Shown: positions 1 to 9,970 of the stretch, piece by piece
How positions within the stretch are numbered: position 1 is the first letter of the stretch
Layout of the letters: each line of letters begins with the position of its first letter
From: Christensenellaceae bacterium
GTDB taxonomy: Bacteria > Bacillota > Clostridia > Christensenellales > CAG-138
Length of the DNA stretch: 64,000 bases
Reading direction: 5' to 3'
Assembly (NCBI GenBank): GCA_963666935.1
Contig: OY762936.1
Coordinates: forward strand, 453,354 to 517,353
Made by a program: the position numbers and the translations under genes
Notes under the pieces: model-generated
What the model saw: the letters and a program-made list of their open reading frames with translations, nothing else
Database searches by the model: none
Told to the model about the DNA's origin: nothing

Positions 1-11
1 ACACCGCACGG

Positions 12-1085
12 GTGCAGATAGGGGACGAACAACAGGCGCTGATTGATGAAGCTGCAGAGATTATGGCACAAGATGTACGGAGCGGGGATGATGTCAAGCG
101 GTTGCGGGAAATTGAAAGGCTGCTTAAAGATGCAAATGACGAGGAGGCATTGTTGCAGCTGCGAACTGCATTAGAGGACAGAATTCAGGAGTTGATAGAT
201 GAAGAGATTGAGATTACTGCACTAGGCGTTCATGGGGACCACAAGCGGTTGCGGCAACTTTATGCGTGGCGTAGGGATTTAAAGGGCGAGCTGTCATGGA
301 TGCTGCTAATGGGAAAATACGAGGAATTATTGGTGCCAGGGAATGAAGGGCGCAAAGCTTTTGGTAGTGATAATTGGGCAAGATATACTGAACTTGCGTT
401 AAAGGACCAGCTTACAAGTGACGAAAAAAAAGAAGCCAAAGCGGCGCTTAACGCTATTAAGGAAAAATATCCGAATATTAATAATGTTGTTGGGGACCCA
501 TATCAGTATCCGAATGATATCTATAATGCGGCTGTTCTTTTATCATTAAAATCAGTAGGCGATTCACTTTTTGCTGGCTATGCTGAAAACATAGGCCTTG
601 ATTGGATTGGAGATAGATTAAACGATCTCGGAGAACTAAATTCGTCCGATATATTGAGCTTTCAAGAACGTACTGAAGTAGCCAAAAGAGCAAATCCTAC
701 TGCCGCCACAATTGGGGAATGGGGGGGAACTGCTACAGTAACAGTTGCTGTTGGTTGGCTTGTGGGAGCTGCACTTAGTGAGATTCCCGCCTATTTAGCT
801 CTTTCTAAGGGTGCGCAAACTCTTGTTAAGGGTGCAGCTATAACCGCGGCCGTGACAGGGTATCAGAATATTACTGATACGGAAACTAAAGCAGAACATG
901 ACGAGCATGAGCAGCAGAAAAAAGAATTCTATGCAAAGAAGGGGATTGAATACGATCCGAAAGAATATAGTTTTTGGAATCAGTTGACTGATGTGATAAA
1001 CAAATCAATTCTAGAAGGCTTTAAAAGTTTACTTGAAGGCGGCGCTAAAATGGGTGCCGGAAAATTGCTTGATTTACTGGACTGA
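12..1085 (+). CDS. phage structural protein (partial, 5' end outside the window); possibly a baseplate/tail component
   Basis: Long ORF open at the window edge, lying directly upstream of the tail-fibre genes. Coiled-coil N-part and a hydrophobic Gly/Ala-rich segment. I recognise no specific motif. Confidence 0.3.
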   Translation: MQIGDEQQALIDEAAEIMAQDVRSGDDVKRLREIERLLKDANDEEALLQLRTALEDRIQELIDEEIEITALGVHGDHKRLRQLYAWRRDLKGELSWMLLMGKYEELLVPGNEGRKAFGSDNWARYTELALKDQLTSDEKKEAKAALNAIKEKYPNINNVVGDPYQYPNDIYNAAVLLSLKSVGDSLFAGYAENIGLDWIGDRLNDLGELNSSDILSFQERTEVAKRANPTAATIGEWGGTATVTVAVGWLVGAALSEIPAYLALSKGAQTLVKGAAITAAVTGYQNITDTETKAEHDEHEQQKKEFYAKKGIEYDPKEYSFWNQLTDVINKSILEGFKSLLEGGAKMGAGKLLDLLD

Positions 1086-1214
1086 TGAAGTAATTTTTGA
1101 AGCTAACCCGGATAAAACGACTGTGATTTCCTTAATTCGTGCAGTTTTCTACGAGGTGTGACGACCCTACAACATGCAACCTGCCCCTTAACCCACTCTG
1201 CGGACTAATGTGCC

Positions 1215-1250
1215 TGCGCCGGGGTCGCTTGCGACCCCGGCGCTTTTCTG
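1215..1250 (+). terminator. Rho-independent terminator after the first phage gene
   Basis: GC-rich perfect hairpin gcgccggggtcgc-ttgc-gcgaccccggcgc followed by ttttct. Confidence 0.55.
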
Positions 1251-1345
1251 CATAATTTCAAGTCGAAAAAAGCAAGTCGGTATCATTGAACGATTGAAAT
1301 AACAAACCGGAGCCAAATCCCCCTCTTTTGTGAAAGGAGAGCAAA

Positions 1346-2140
1346 ATGTCACTGACAGATAATAAGATAAGTACATGGACCAGCCCAATCGTGGGCGAAG
1401 CAGATCAGCCATCTAGAACGGCCTCAGAAATGAAGGCCGTTTTTGATGCCAACAGTAACGAGTTGAAGACAGCGTTAAACAATCTGATTGATGCGCTTGT
1501 GGCTTCAGGAGGGTCTGCGGAGATAGGTTCTGCTGCATTCTCGGATGTGGAAGCGGGGACGGTACTTTCACAGCTCGAGGCGCTCAGGGAATTACTTGAC
1601 GATAGAGTTGAATCTATCTCCATCGGTACGGTAACCACGGGCGCGGCTGGTTCCTCCGCATCCGTTTCTGTTAGCGGGACAATGCCGCATATTGTGCTGA
1701 GCTTCACCATCCCCAAGGGCGATGCGGGCGATCCTACCGCTCCGCACCACGCACAGCACGCAATCGGCGGGGACGATGCGGTTACTCCGGCGTCTATTGG
1801 AGCAGCAACAGCAGATCACAATCACAATTCAACGTATGCTGCAATCGACCACACACATACAGGAACATACGAACCCGCACGACTTCAATTTACTTCTGTT
1901 GCGGTAGATACGGACGATTTTGCAGCAGATACAACCTATGATGATTATGGATACAAGGCCGACATAACCCTAACGGGCGTTACTGTGTCAATGGTGGCTG
2001 ATGTTGTATTTGATCCTGTCGAAGCTGCAAGCGGTAATTTTGCGGCTGTTGTCTCATGTGGGACGGGGGTCGTAACAATCTATGCGGCAGCTGTTCCAGA
2101 AGAAGATTTCACAATCCCGACGATCATTGTTTGGAGGTAA
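1346..2140 (+). CDS. phage tail fibre protein (short paralog) with a collagen-like KGDAGDP motif
   Basis: RBS aaaggagag precedes the ATG. The N-terminal ~150 aa is about 80% identical to ORF 3805-5358. An IPKGDAGDP collagen-like tripeptide motif is present. The C-terminus is His-rich and divergent. Confidence 0.55.
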   Translation: MSLTDNKISTWTSPIVGEADQPSRTASEMKAVFDANSNELKTALNNLIDALVASGGSAEIGSAAFSDVEAGTVLSQLEALRELLDDRVESISIGTVTTGAAGSSASVSVSGTMPHIVLSFTIPKGDAGDPTAPHHAQHAIGGDDAVTPASIGAATADHNHNSTYAAIDHTHTGTYEPARLQFTSVAVDTDDFAADTTYDDYGYKADITLTGVTVSMVADVVFDPVEAASGNFAAVVSCGTGVVTIYAAAVPEEDFTIPTIIVWR

Positions 2141-2144
2141 TAAA

Positions 2145-3110
2145 ATGGCTATTGGAAAAACAAACTCTGCTGGCGGGAAAAAGAAGCTGCGAACCGAAAT
2201 CATCATGTGGGATCAGAATTGGGTAGCACCAATCACCGGAAACATAAGTGTACGTCTTTTTGGCGGTGGTGGTGGCGGCGGTGGCTACTATACCAATGGG
2301 CATAGTTATTACGGAAGTGGTGGCGGTGGTGGTCATATGGCACACGATACGATCTCCGTAACAAAGGGAGACACCTTTGCGGTCACCATCGGCGCAGGCG
2401 GAGGCGGCGGCGCGGCAAACTTATCCAGCTACGTTGCCGGAACAGGCGGGACAACGTCCTTTTCGACGCTTTTAAGCGCATCGGGTGGATCTGGTGGAAT
2501 TTCCGGTGGTGGTGCTGGTGGTGCTGGTGGAACCGGTGGTGGTGGTGGTGCTGGTGGTTATAACGGCGGATCCGGAGGCGCCGGGTCATATGGCGGCGGC
2601 GGCGGCGGTGGCGATGGCATCGACTACGGCGGAAATGGCGGGAACGGAGGCACATATGGTGGCGGTGGTGGCGGTGGCCGCTACGGAGGCGCTGGCGGCA
2701 CATATGGAGGGAATGGTGGCGCTCCAAACTCTAATGGAGCGAACGGAACCAATACAATCGGACTGGGGCTAGACTACGAGGGTACTGGACTAGGAGCCGC
2801 ATCAAGCGCAACTGGCGGCGGTGGTGGTGGCGGGTATGGAGGTAACGGCGGGTCTACTGGTAATAATAATAATTCCGGCGGCGGCGGAGGCGGATACGGA
2901 GGCAACGGAGGCTCAGGTCCGTATGCCGGTGGAGGCGGTGGCGGCTACGGAGGCGCTGGAGGACACGGCGGTGGTGGCTATGGTCCAAATGGGACTGGTG
3001 GCAGCGGTGGACCTGGAGGAATTGCCGCTGGCGGTGGCGGGAACGGATATATGAATCAACCTGGTTACGCCGGTGGCCAAGGACTCTGCGTTATCCAATA
3101 TTATGACTAG
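2145..3110 (+). CDS. glycine-rich (poly-Gly/GGxGG repeat) phage tail-associated protein
   Basis: RBS precedes the ATG at 2145. The protein is more than 60% Gly, built from GGNGGxYGG-type repeats, with non-Gly N-terminal (WDQNWVAPITG) and C-terminal (LCVIQYYD) caps. It is embedded between the two tail-fibre paralogs. Confidence 0.5.
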   Translation: MAIGKTNSAGGKKKLRTEIIMWDQNWVAPITGNISVRLFGGGGGGGGYYTNGHSYYGSGGGGGHMAHDTISVTKGDTFAVTIGAGGGGGAANLSSYVAGTGGTTSFSTLLSASGGSGGISGGGAGGAGGTGGGGGAGGYNGGSGGAGSYGGGGGGGDGIDYGGNGGNGGTYGGGGGGGRYGGAGGTYGGNGGAPNSNGANGTNTIGLGLDYEGTGLGAASSATGGGGGGGYGGNGGSTGNNNNSGGGGGGYGGNGGSGPYAGGGGGGYGGAGGHGGGGYGPNGTGGSGGPGGIAAGGGGNGYMNQPGYAGGQGLCVIQYYD

Positions 3111-3118
3111 GAGGAATC

Positions 3119-3493
3119 ATGAAAATATTTCAGATATTCGGTGGATTCTGCCACTGGGATGCAACCAGAAAGCATCCCACCCTTGAGTCCACCATCGGTT
3201 ATTATGCGCCAAACATTGTGTTTGTTGAAGCGCCTGATACAGTATGGGAAGGCTGGGGCTATGATGACACACAGGAAGGTGACGCGAGATTCATTCAGCC
3301 GTCGTTGCCAGAGCCGTCACAGTGGACTACGGAAAGCGGCGAACTGCGCCAATGGATGTATGATACATCTACTGGCACATTTTATCTTGCAGATGGCGAC
3401 GGAAAGCCCATCCCGACAGAGGATCTGGCGGCAACTATCGATAACATGCAAGCCGCACTTGCTGAGATGGGCGTTAATCCGGAGGGTACATAA
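3119..3493 (+). CDS. hypothetical phage protein (possible tail-fibre assembly/accessory protein)
   Basis: Strong RBS aggagg lies 6 nt upstream. It is syntenic between the fibre genes. I recognise no domain. Confidence 0.4.
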   Translation: MKIFQIFGGFCHWDATRKHPTLESTIGYYAPNIVFVEAPDTVWEGWGYDDTQEGDARFIQPSLPEPSQWTTESGELRQWMYDTSTGTFYLADGDGKPIPTEDLAATIDNMQAALAEMGVNPEGT

Positions 3494-3804
3494 ATGGGAA
3501 GATGGCTAGAAGAGGTGCAAAGAAATTCCGATCACAGCTTGACGGGGTTCGCTCCCTCAATATCGGATAATCTGAGCGCAGTAAATGCAGCGCCTGATTC
3601 ATTCAAGCCCTGACAAGGTGGATTTGTGCAATGCTGTATCTCTTTCCATGTGGGCGAAGTGAGAACTGAAAACGGTATCCCATACGAATGCATGTAGGCC
3701 CATACCAATCACGAGGGAAAATACCCTTGATTGCAAATGGCATAATATGAGAAAGGCCAAGTGGGGGGATCCATTTCCTCCATTTTCTATGAAAGGAAAA
3801 TAAT

Positions 3805-5358
3805 ATGTCACTGACAGATAATAAGATCAGCACTTGGACGAATCCAATTGGTAACGAAGCGGATCAGCCTCAGCGAACGGCCTCGGAAATGAAGGCCGTT
3901 TTTGATGCCAACAGCAATGAGTTGAAGACCGCGTTAAACGCATTAATTGATGATCTCGTTGGTTCGGAAGGCTCGGCGGAGATCGGCTCGGCGGCTTTGG
4001 ACGATGTTGACGCTGGTACGCTTTATTCGCAGCTTGTTGCATTACGGGAACTGATTGACGAGCGTGTGGAAACCATTTCAATCGGCACGGTAACAACGGG
4101 CGCGGCAGGTTCTTCCGCGTCCGTTTCTGTTTCGGGGACACTTCCCAATCTTGAGTTAAACTTCACCATCCCCAAAGGTGACGCTGGCGACCCTGCGGCG
4201 GCACATGCGGCGCAACATGCATCGGATGGTGATGATCCCGTTTCACCTGCATCGATTGGAGCGCTGGAGGCAGTATCGGCAGATATCGCGCTTTATGTCG
4301 CAACGACAGGAGATGATAGTAATCCCGGAACATCTGGAGAGCCCTTCGCTACCATTCAAAAAGCTATTGATTCTACACCTAGAAACATGAATGGTTATCG
4401 CGCAACTGTCTATATTGCCGCTGGGACGTACACAGAAAATATAACCGTTGCAAATATTTCAGGTGGATCTGTTGGATTGTGCTTGACGGGGAATGTGATA
4501 ATAAATGGATACATTACTGCACTGTATAATGATACTTTGAATATTTATGGTAACAATGGAAATTTCGGAAGAACTCTGACCATAAACGCAAATAGTAGTA
4601 CATCTCCTCTGTACGCACAATATGGTATGATTCAACTCTACCAAACAGTTATCACCAACGTTAATGCAGGCTCGTATTGTACATATGCAGTTTGGGCAAA
4701 GGCTGGTTCCGTTTGCCTTGCGAATTACAATTCAACCACTCCATATTTTATTGTGTCAGGAGGAACTAGTGGTTGTATTTTGGCAAGCCACAATGGTCAA
4801 TTTTCTGCTGATGCCGTATTTACTGTGAGCGATTCTCCAATAGGCTTGCGCGCTGCGGCAGGCATGGTCCTATGCGCCTACACCGTCACTTATACGAGCA
4901 TTGCTACACAAACACGCGAGGACTACGGAGGAATTATTCTCGCAAATAGACGTGGCATTTCTTCAGTTGACTATATCGCCGCAGGCAGTAATGGCAACTT
5001 AACTTTATCAGCTGTAAAATATGCATCCCAGGCACTGAGTGCCTCCGAACAGCTCCAGGCAAGACAAAACATCAACGCCGTTGCTGCTCCAGCCACCGTA
5101 TCTGATACGGGATCCATTACCGTGACGATGGCAGACAACACAGAATACACATACACCGGCGTGACGAGCCTCGCCATTACTGGCGCGGCCGTGAACTGCC
5201 ACGGGTGGATTACCTTCGATTCATCCACTCCTACCGTGACAGACCCCACGGGCTTCTCTGGTGAATCCGGCGACGACATAGCTGACGGCGCGGCTTCCGA
5301 GGTGTGGGAGTTTAACTGCGAAAACGGCTATATCGTGTGGAAGAATTGGGGTGCTTGA
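3805..5358 (+). CDS. phage tail fibre / tailspike with a right-handed beta-helix (pectate-lyase-like) C-terminal domain
   Basis: RBS gaaagga precedes the ATG. It shares the N-terminal module with 1346-2140. The C-terminal part has repetitive N/G/T-rich beta-helix-like segments (TVYIAAGTYTENITVANISGG...). Confidence 0.6.
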   Translation: MSLTDNKISTWTNPIGNEADQPQRTASEMKAVFDANSNELKTALNALIDDLVGSEGSAEIGSAALDDVDAGTLYSQLVALRELIDERVETISIGTVTTGAAGSSASVSVSGTLPNLELNFTIPKGDAGDPAAAHAAQHASDGDDPVSPASIGALEAVSADIALYVATTGDDSNPGTSGEPFATIQKAIDSTPRNMNGYRATVYIAAGTYTENITVANISGGSVGLCLTGNVIINGYITALYNDTLNIYGNNGNFGRTLTINANSSTSPLYAQYGMIQLYQTVITNVNAGSYCTYAVWAKAGSVCLANYNSTTPYFIVSGGTSGCILASHNGQFSADAVFTVSDSPIGLRAAAGMVLCAYTVTYTSIATQTREDYGGIILANRRGISSVDYIAAGSNGNLTLSAVKYASQALSASEQLQARQNINAVAAPATVSDTGSITVTMADNTEYTYTGVTSLAITGAAVNCHGWITFDSSTPTVTDPTGFSGESGDDIADGAASEVWEFNCENGYIVWKNWGA

Positions 5359-5359
5359 T

Positions 5360-6022
5360 ATGAATAGACGAAGGGCCTTACAGCTAGCAACAGCAAATAC
5401 TCCGCGTCCAGCGGGGACGGTTCTGTTGCTCCACGCCAACGATTCAGCGGCAGACGCAACGGGAACATATTCACCTACATGGACAGGCACGGCGGCATAT
5501 GCTACTGGTAAATTTGGAAAAGCGTTTGACGTTTCTAGTGGAAATTATGTTCATGCCGGGACTACAATTGGATTTTCAAACTATCAAAACTTTACAATTG
5601 CGGGATGGTTTAAGTTTAATAATCTTTCCGGATTTGGAGGTATAGCGGCGGGAACCACAACATCTTTCAGGAACTTAACCGGGTATGCATTATATACCTG
5701 CGACACAGCAGTTCAGTTTAGAGTTTACTATTACGAATCAATGCCATTAGGCATATCAGGAGGAACGCTAGTAGTTGGACAATGGCACCACATTGCAGTT
5801 ACGCGAAGCTCTGGAACAATACGGATATTTATTAATGGAATATCCGTAGCGAGCGGTACGCTTAATGATTCTATACTTGGTGGCGTTAATTTTAGGATAG
5901 GAGCCTCGCAGCTAGTGGATAGTTATTACCGCATGGACGGCGTGGTTGATGAGTTTATTGTAGTTAAAAATGCTGCTCTTTGGACTTCCAATTTCACGCC
6001 GCCCACAAAACCCTACGCATAA
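5360..6022 (+). CDS. concanavalin A-like lectin/LamG domain protein (phage)
   Basis: Motifs GQWHHIAVTRSSGTIRIFINGI and VDEFIVVKNAALW are typical of the LamG/ConA-like fold. There is an alternative GTG start at 5351. Confidence 0.5.
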   Translation: MNRRRALQLATANTPRPAGTVLLLHANDSAADATGTYSPTWTGTAAYATGKFGKAFDVSSGNYVHAGTTIGFSNYQNFTIAGWFKFNNLSGFGGIAAGTTTSFRNLTGYALYTCDTAVQFRVYYYESMPLGISGGTLVVGQWHHIAVTRSSGTIRIFINGISVASGTLNDSILGGVNFRIGASQLVDSYYRMDGVVDEFIVVKNAALWTSNFTPPTKPYA

Positions 6023-6031
6023 GGAGGCTGC

Positions 6032-7783
6032 ATGAACCTTACAAACCTAGACACCGCCATGATGCAAGCATTTCACGCCGCAGGGTACACGGGCAAGGGC
6101 GCGTGTATCCACGTCCCCGGCACGATGGCCGCCAACGGCTATGACGATTACCCCCACGATATGTACATGGTGCAGGTTATCCAAAAATGGTGCCCTGACG
6201 CTGTTATCCGTCCCATCGATGTTTTTGAGGACGGAGAGACGGTATGGCGCATCAAACAGGCCATGCGGGATATTGCCGCCTATGCAATCGCACACCCGGA
6301 ATATATGCATTTCGTCAACATGAGTTTCGTGTGGGACGGATATGACGAGGACGCGCACACGCTGTTAAAGGTTCTGCTGGGAAACAATGTCACCGTATTT
6401 GCAGCGGCTGGAAATGATGGCAAAGAGAATCTGCGCTATTATCCATCTCATTATGAGGAACCCATTTGTATTGCGGCGCTGGACAATGATGGGACGAAAG
6501 CCGACTTCTCCACGTGGCATGACGAGATGGACTTTGCCGAATTGGGCGTTGACGCTCCGTGCGTCGACAAGATGGGGAAAGAGGTGTTAATTTCCGGGAC
6601 AAGTATTGCGACGCCGATTTGCCTCGCTAAGGCCGTTTTATTGGCAGAACAGTACAAGGATAGGCACGGCGCAAAGCCAACAGAGCCGCAGATTTATCAG
6701 ATGATGTTCAACGCCGCGCAGGACTTGGGCGCGGCTGGGTATGATTCGTACACAGGCTATGGATTCGTGAATATAAAACTGGAAGAAGGTGTACCAATGT
6801 TTATCCCCATCAAAAATGGCGATAAGGGGGAACGCGTCCTTGAATTGCAGAAAATCCTCAACACGCTTAAGTATGATACGGGAGGGCTTGACAGCGACTT
6901 CGGAAGCAAAACCGAGGCATCCGTTATCTCTTATCAAACAATGAAGGGTTTGCCAACAACAGGCATTGTTGACGAGGCAACATGGAACGCCTTGCTTGTC
7001 GAAAAGCATGAACCTGCTTTTGAACCAACTGGCCTTATGAGGGCCTTTATCCAGTATTTGAACGAGCAGGCGGCCAACCACGGTATTTATGTGTGGGGTG
7101 CACAAGGTCAAACCGGGAAAGAGATTTCGGAGTCGTGGATTAGAAGCCGCGAAACTAGCTCGGCTAAGGCTGATCGTGCCATCGCGTTCTGGAAAAAGCA
7201 AGTGGCCGCAGGATATGGTGATGTGTTGCGCGCGTTTGACTGCTCTGGCCTCGGAATGTACTTCATCGAAAATCTGTATCACTTAAAGAAAAGCGATGCC
7301 AGTGCCAACGGTATGTACGGAATGTGTATTCCCGTCACTCGGTCGAACCTCAGGGCCGGGGATTGGGTTTTCCGCGACACAGACGGCGATTCGGATCAGG
7401 AGCATATCGGGTACGTTGTAGATAACGACCTCAACGTGATCCACGACCGGGGCAGGGATTTTGGCGTGGTGCGCGAGTCCCTGAATCATAACGGAACGGG
7501 ATACTGGAATGGGTACGGGCGGCCTACAATTTTTGAAAGTGTTTCGGAGCCTCCGGTAGAAACGAAACGAAATTTAAAGCTCACAACTCCGTGCATGCGC
7601 GGCGATGATGTCAAGGCCCTGCAAACCGTACTTCAATACTTGGGCTATGATATTGGATCGGCTGGCGCGGATGGAATTTACGGCAAGGATACAGACGATG
7701 CCCTTAAACTCTTGCAAGACAGAGCAACAAAGCTGACCGCAGGTGTGTGTGACGCCGCAATGTGCGCTCTGTTGGGATTGTGA
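6032..7783 (+). CDS. multidomain endolysin-like protein: subtilisin (S8) peptidase, PG-binding domain, NlpC/P60-like Cys hydrolase, PG-binding domain
   Basis: RBS aaggagg precedes the ATG. GTSIATP matches the subtilase catalytic-Ser motif, and AAAGNDG is present. Two LxxxLxxLGY/DG-type peptidoglycan-binding repeats are seen (ERVLELQKILNTLKY and DDVKALQTVLQYLGYDIG). A Cys-containing segment (CSGLGMY) sits between them. Confidence 0.6.
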   Translation: MNLTNLDTAMMQAFHAAGYTGKGACIHVPGTMAANGYDDYPHDMYMVQVIQKWCPDAVIRPIDVFEDGETVWRIKQAMRDIAAYAIAHPEYMHFVNMSFVWDGYDEDAHTLLKVLLGNNVTVFAAAGNDGKENLRYYPSHYEEPICIAALDNDGTKADFSTWHDEMDFAELGVDAPCVDKMGKEVLISGTSIATPICLAKAVLLAEQYKDRHGAKPTEPQIYQMMFNAAQDLGAAGYDSYTGYGFVNIKLEEGVPMFIPIKNGDKGERVLELQKILNTLKYDTGGLDSDFGSKTEASVISYQTMKGLPTTGIVDEATWNALLVEKHEPAFEPTGLMRAFIQYLNEQAANHGIYVWGAQGQTGKEISESWIRSRETSSAKADRAIAFWKKQVAAGYGDVLRAFDCSGLGMYFIENLYHLKKSDASANGMYGMCIPVTRSNLRAGDWVFRDTDGDSDQEHIGYVVDNDLNVIHDRGRDFGVVRESLNHNGTGYWNGYGRPTIFESVSEPPVETKRNLKLTTPCMRGDDVKALQTVLQYLGYDIGSAGADGIYGKDTDDALKLLQDRATKLTAGVCDAAMCALLGL

Positions 7784-7790
7784 GGCGCGT

Positions 7791-8126
7791 ATGGAAACAC
7801 CGTGGGCATTAATAGCTGTTGCGGCACTGAGCATTGTTGGCAATGTAACCATGTGGCTACTCAACAGAAAAACACAACGGGAGGACAGAAAGGTCATTAC
7901 GCTATCACAAATGGCGGAGAAGATTAAAACCATTGAACGCGGTCAAATGGCAATCCTACACGACAGAATTAAGTTTTTGTCCCGATCCTATGTGCGTGAT
8001 GGTGAGCTTTATTATGATGATTATCAAGACCTTGTAGAAATGCACAAAATATACTCTGAACTAGGCGGTACAAATCTTGTGCGGCCAATGGAAGATGTCT
8101 CGAAACTCAAAATGCTTTACAAATAG
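7791..8126 (+). CDS. small membrane protein in the lysis cassette (holin-associated/antiholin candidate)
   Basis: RBS gaggcg precedes the ATG. There is a single N-terminal TM helix followed by a charged coiled region. It lies between the lysin and the holin. Confidence 0.35.
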   Translation: METPWALIAVAALSIVGNVTMWLLNRKTQREDRKVITLSQMAEKIKTIERGQMAILHDRIKFLSRSYVRDGELYYDDYQDLVEMHKIYSELGGTNLVRPMEDVSKLKMLYK

Positions 8127-8135
8127 GAGGATTTT

Positions 8136-8417
8136 ATGGACACCATTACATCTACTTTCTTTTCTTGGGGAACTCTTGCGACTATGGCCGGGGCCGTGGC
8201 CGCTACTGTGGCCATCACGCAGCTTCTAAAGGGCGTGAGCGTCTTTGATAAGATCCCAACGCGCATCTTCGCCTATATCGTGGCTCTGGTGCTGCTCTTG
8301 GCGGCTACCTATTTCACCGGCGATCTATCGATTGAGGCTGGCAGCCTCTGCCTGATTAACGCCGTTGTCGTGGCTCTTGCGGCCAATGGCGCGTATGATG
8401 CAATACCAAAGAAATAA
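8136..8417 (+). CDS. phage holin
   Basis: 93 aa with two or three hydrophobic helices and a charged C-terminus (PKK). RBS aggagg precedes the ATG. It is followed by a terminator. Confidence 0.55.
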   Translation: MDTITSTFFSWGTLATMAGAVAATVAITQLLKGVSVFDKIPTRIFAYIVALVLLLAATYFTGDLSIEAGSLCLINAVVVALAANGAYDAIPKK

Positions 8418-8433
8418 ACCTCACTTAATATTA

Positions 8434-8465
8434 GGGCCGTCCTTCGGGGCGGCTCTTTTTTTATT
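8434..8465 (+). terminator. Rho-independent terminator ending the prophage lysis cassette
   Basis: Hairpin gggccgtccttcggggcggctc followed by a T7 run. Confidence 0.6.
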
Positions 8466-9544
8466 TAATTTGTTGAGAATAAGATGTTATTTTATGATTC
8501 TTTATGATGCTTCTGCTATTTCTAGAAGTTGTTATTTTCGACGTTGTTGAGTATATTATTAGTGGAAACAGGCTGATGAGCTAGGCAGATCGGCAGTCGC
8601 TGCAGCAACACCGTTGTCTGTCGAGGTTGTTTAGGAAACAACTGTCTGGAAAACGGTGTTTTGCTCTGTATTTGCAGGGAGGCTAACATTTGGGGCTATT
8701 TTTTGTTTTGAATGAATACACCCTGATGATGATAGAGTTAACGATGGCGGAAAATGAGCATCCTTTTTTAGCAATTTTTTTATCGCTTTTATAAACGCCT
8801 CTGCATTTAGCAGCGGCATTTTATTTCCCTCTCATTGAGGATAAGTCTGCCATTATTCTATATTCCGAGGGAATTTACACACAAATTAGGGCTTGACTCT
8901 ATTTGTCGGCATTTTTATCAACTCTTCGGCAGTACTGCCGTCAAAAGGTAATATACTTTCGCCAATGCTTGAGGTAACAAGTGCTTTCATTCCGTTTTCA
9001 TCCAGCATAATAGGATTAGAAGGGCGTATTATGCGGTAATCCTTGCTCTAGGTACTTTGGACACAAACAAAGGCCCCATTATAAATCAACGTTCACAAGT
9101 GTTGGATATGTATGGAAAGCAAATATCTAGGCTGTATGGCGCAGGCAACTGTAATGCTTTTTTCACAGAAAATGCATATTGGAGAGCAGGTAGTACAATC
9201 AAGCCGGCTATGACATTTGATTATATAGCCGGATTGAATGCGACATTTAAAACTGTCAAGAAAATTTAGAAAGCTTGTTGTAATTATGTGGAAGGAAGGT
9301 TATCATAAAGTATATAAAGGTTGCACAAACAACTGAATTGAGCATCGGAAACAAAAAGAAAATATCTGGGAATGGTAAAGAAATTCTTCTGAATTGCCCA
9401 ATTAAGATTGAAGGAGCCAATGCAATGCTTGGGATCTAATAAATTTCGAAAAAATATTTATCAGATCCTACTGAAAACTATTCTATACAGATTAGGTGCA
9501 GTGGGGTTTTATAATATAAATATATAACAAACGGAGGGCAACTC

Positions 9545-9970
9545 ATGAAAACAAGATTATTTGGTATGATTATTATCATAGTTATTCTGACAGCATTTAC
9601 CGGATGTGTTACTATTACTAGCAATGATAATCTTATTCCGATTATTTCAAAAACAACTATGGCATTAGAAGTTGATGAAGAGACTTTTGAAGTCATTGTA
9701 GCAAGTGATGTTTTTAAGACTGATACGCCTATTATATACCTTGTGGCACAAGTTGAAGATGCACCCGAAGGGACACAGGTTAGGGCGGAATGGTACTACT
9801 TGGATGAAGAAATTTTTATAGATGATATAACTGTCGAACCGGAGTATCAGAATCAACCGATGCTTTTTTCTTTAGGAAGGCCGGATACCGGATGGCCTAT
9901 AGGTAAATATCAGGCATCCTTGTATTTGAACGAAGAAAAAGCAACTATAGTCTTTTTTACTGTTGAATAA
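9545..9970 (+). CDS. lipoprotein (signal peptide plus lipobox LTAFTGC), low-GC cargo
   Basis: RBS ggaggg precedes the ATG. The N-terminus MKTRLFGMIIIIVILTAFTGC gives a lipobox Cys. The region is AT-rich. Confidence 0.5.
   Translation: MKTRLFGMIIIIVILTAFTGCVTITSNDNLIPIISKTTMALEVDEETFEVIVASDVFKTDTPIIYLVAQVEDAPEGTQVRAEWYYLDEEIFIDDITVEPEYQNQPMLFSLGRPDTGWPIGKYQASLYLNEEKATIVFFTVE

Noticed and set aside
2383-2772. His/Arg-rich antisense ORF and Val/Ala-rich overlapping ORFs within the glycine-rich gene
   Set aside because: They are artefacts of the GGN codon microsatellite read in other frames or strands.
8565-8700. CTGATGAG hammerhead-ribozyme-like core in a structured-looking AT-poor patch of the intergenic region
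   Set aside because: The flanking sequence cannot form helix II closed by C-GAAA or a helix III with a GUC cleavage site. An 8-mer match is expected by chance in 64 kb.
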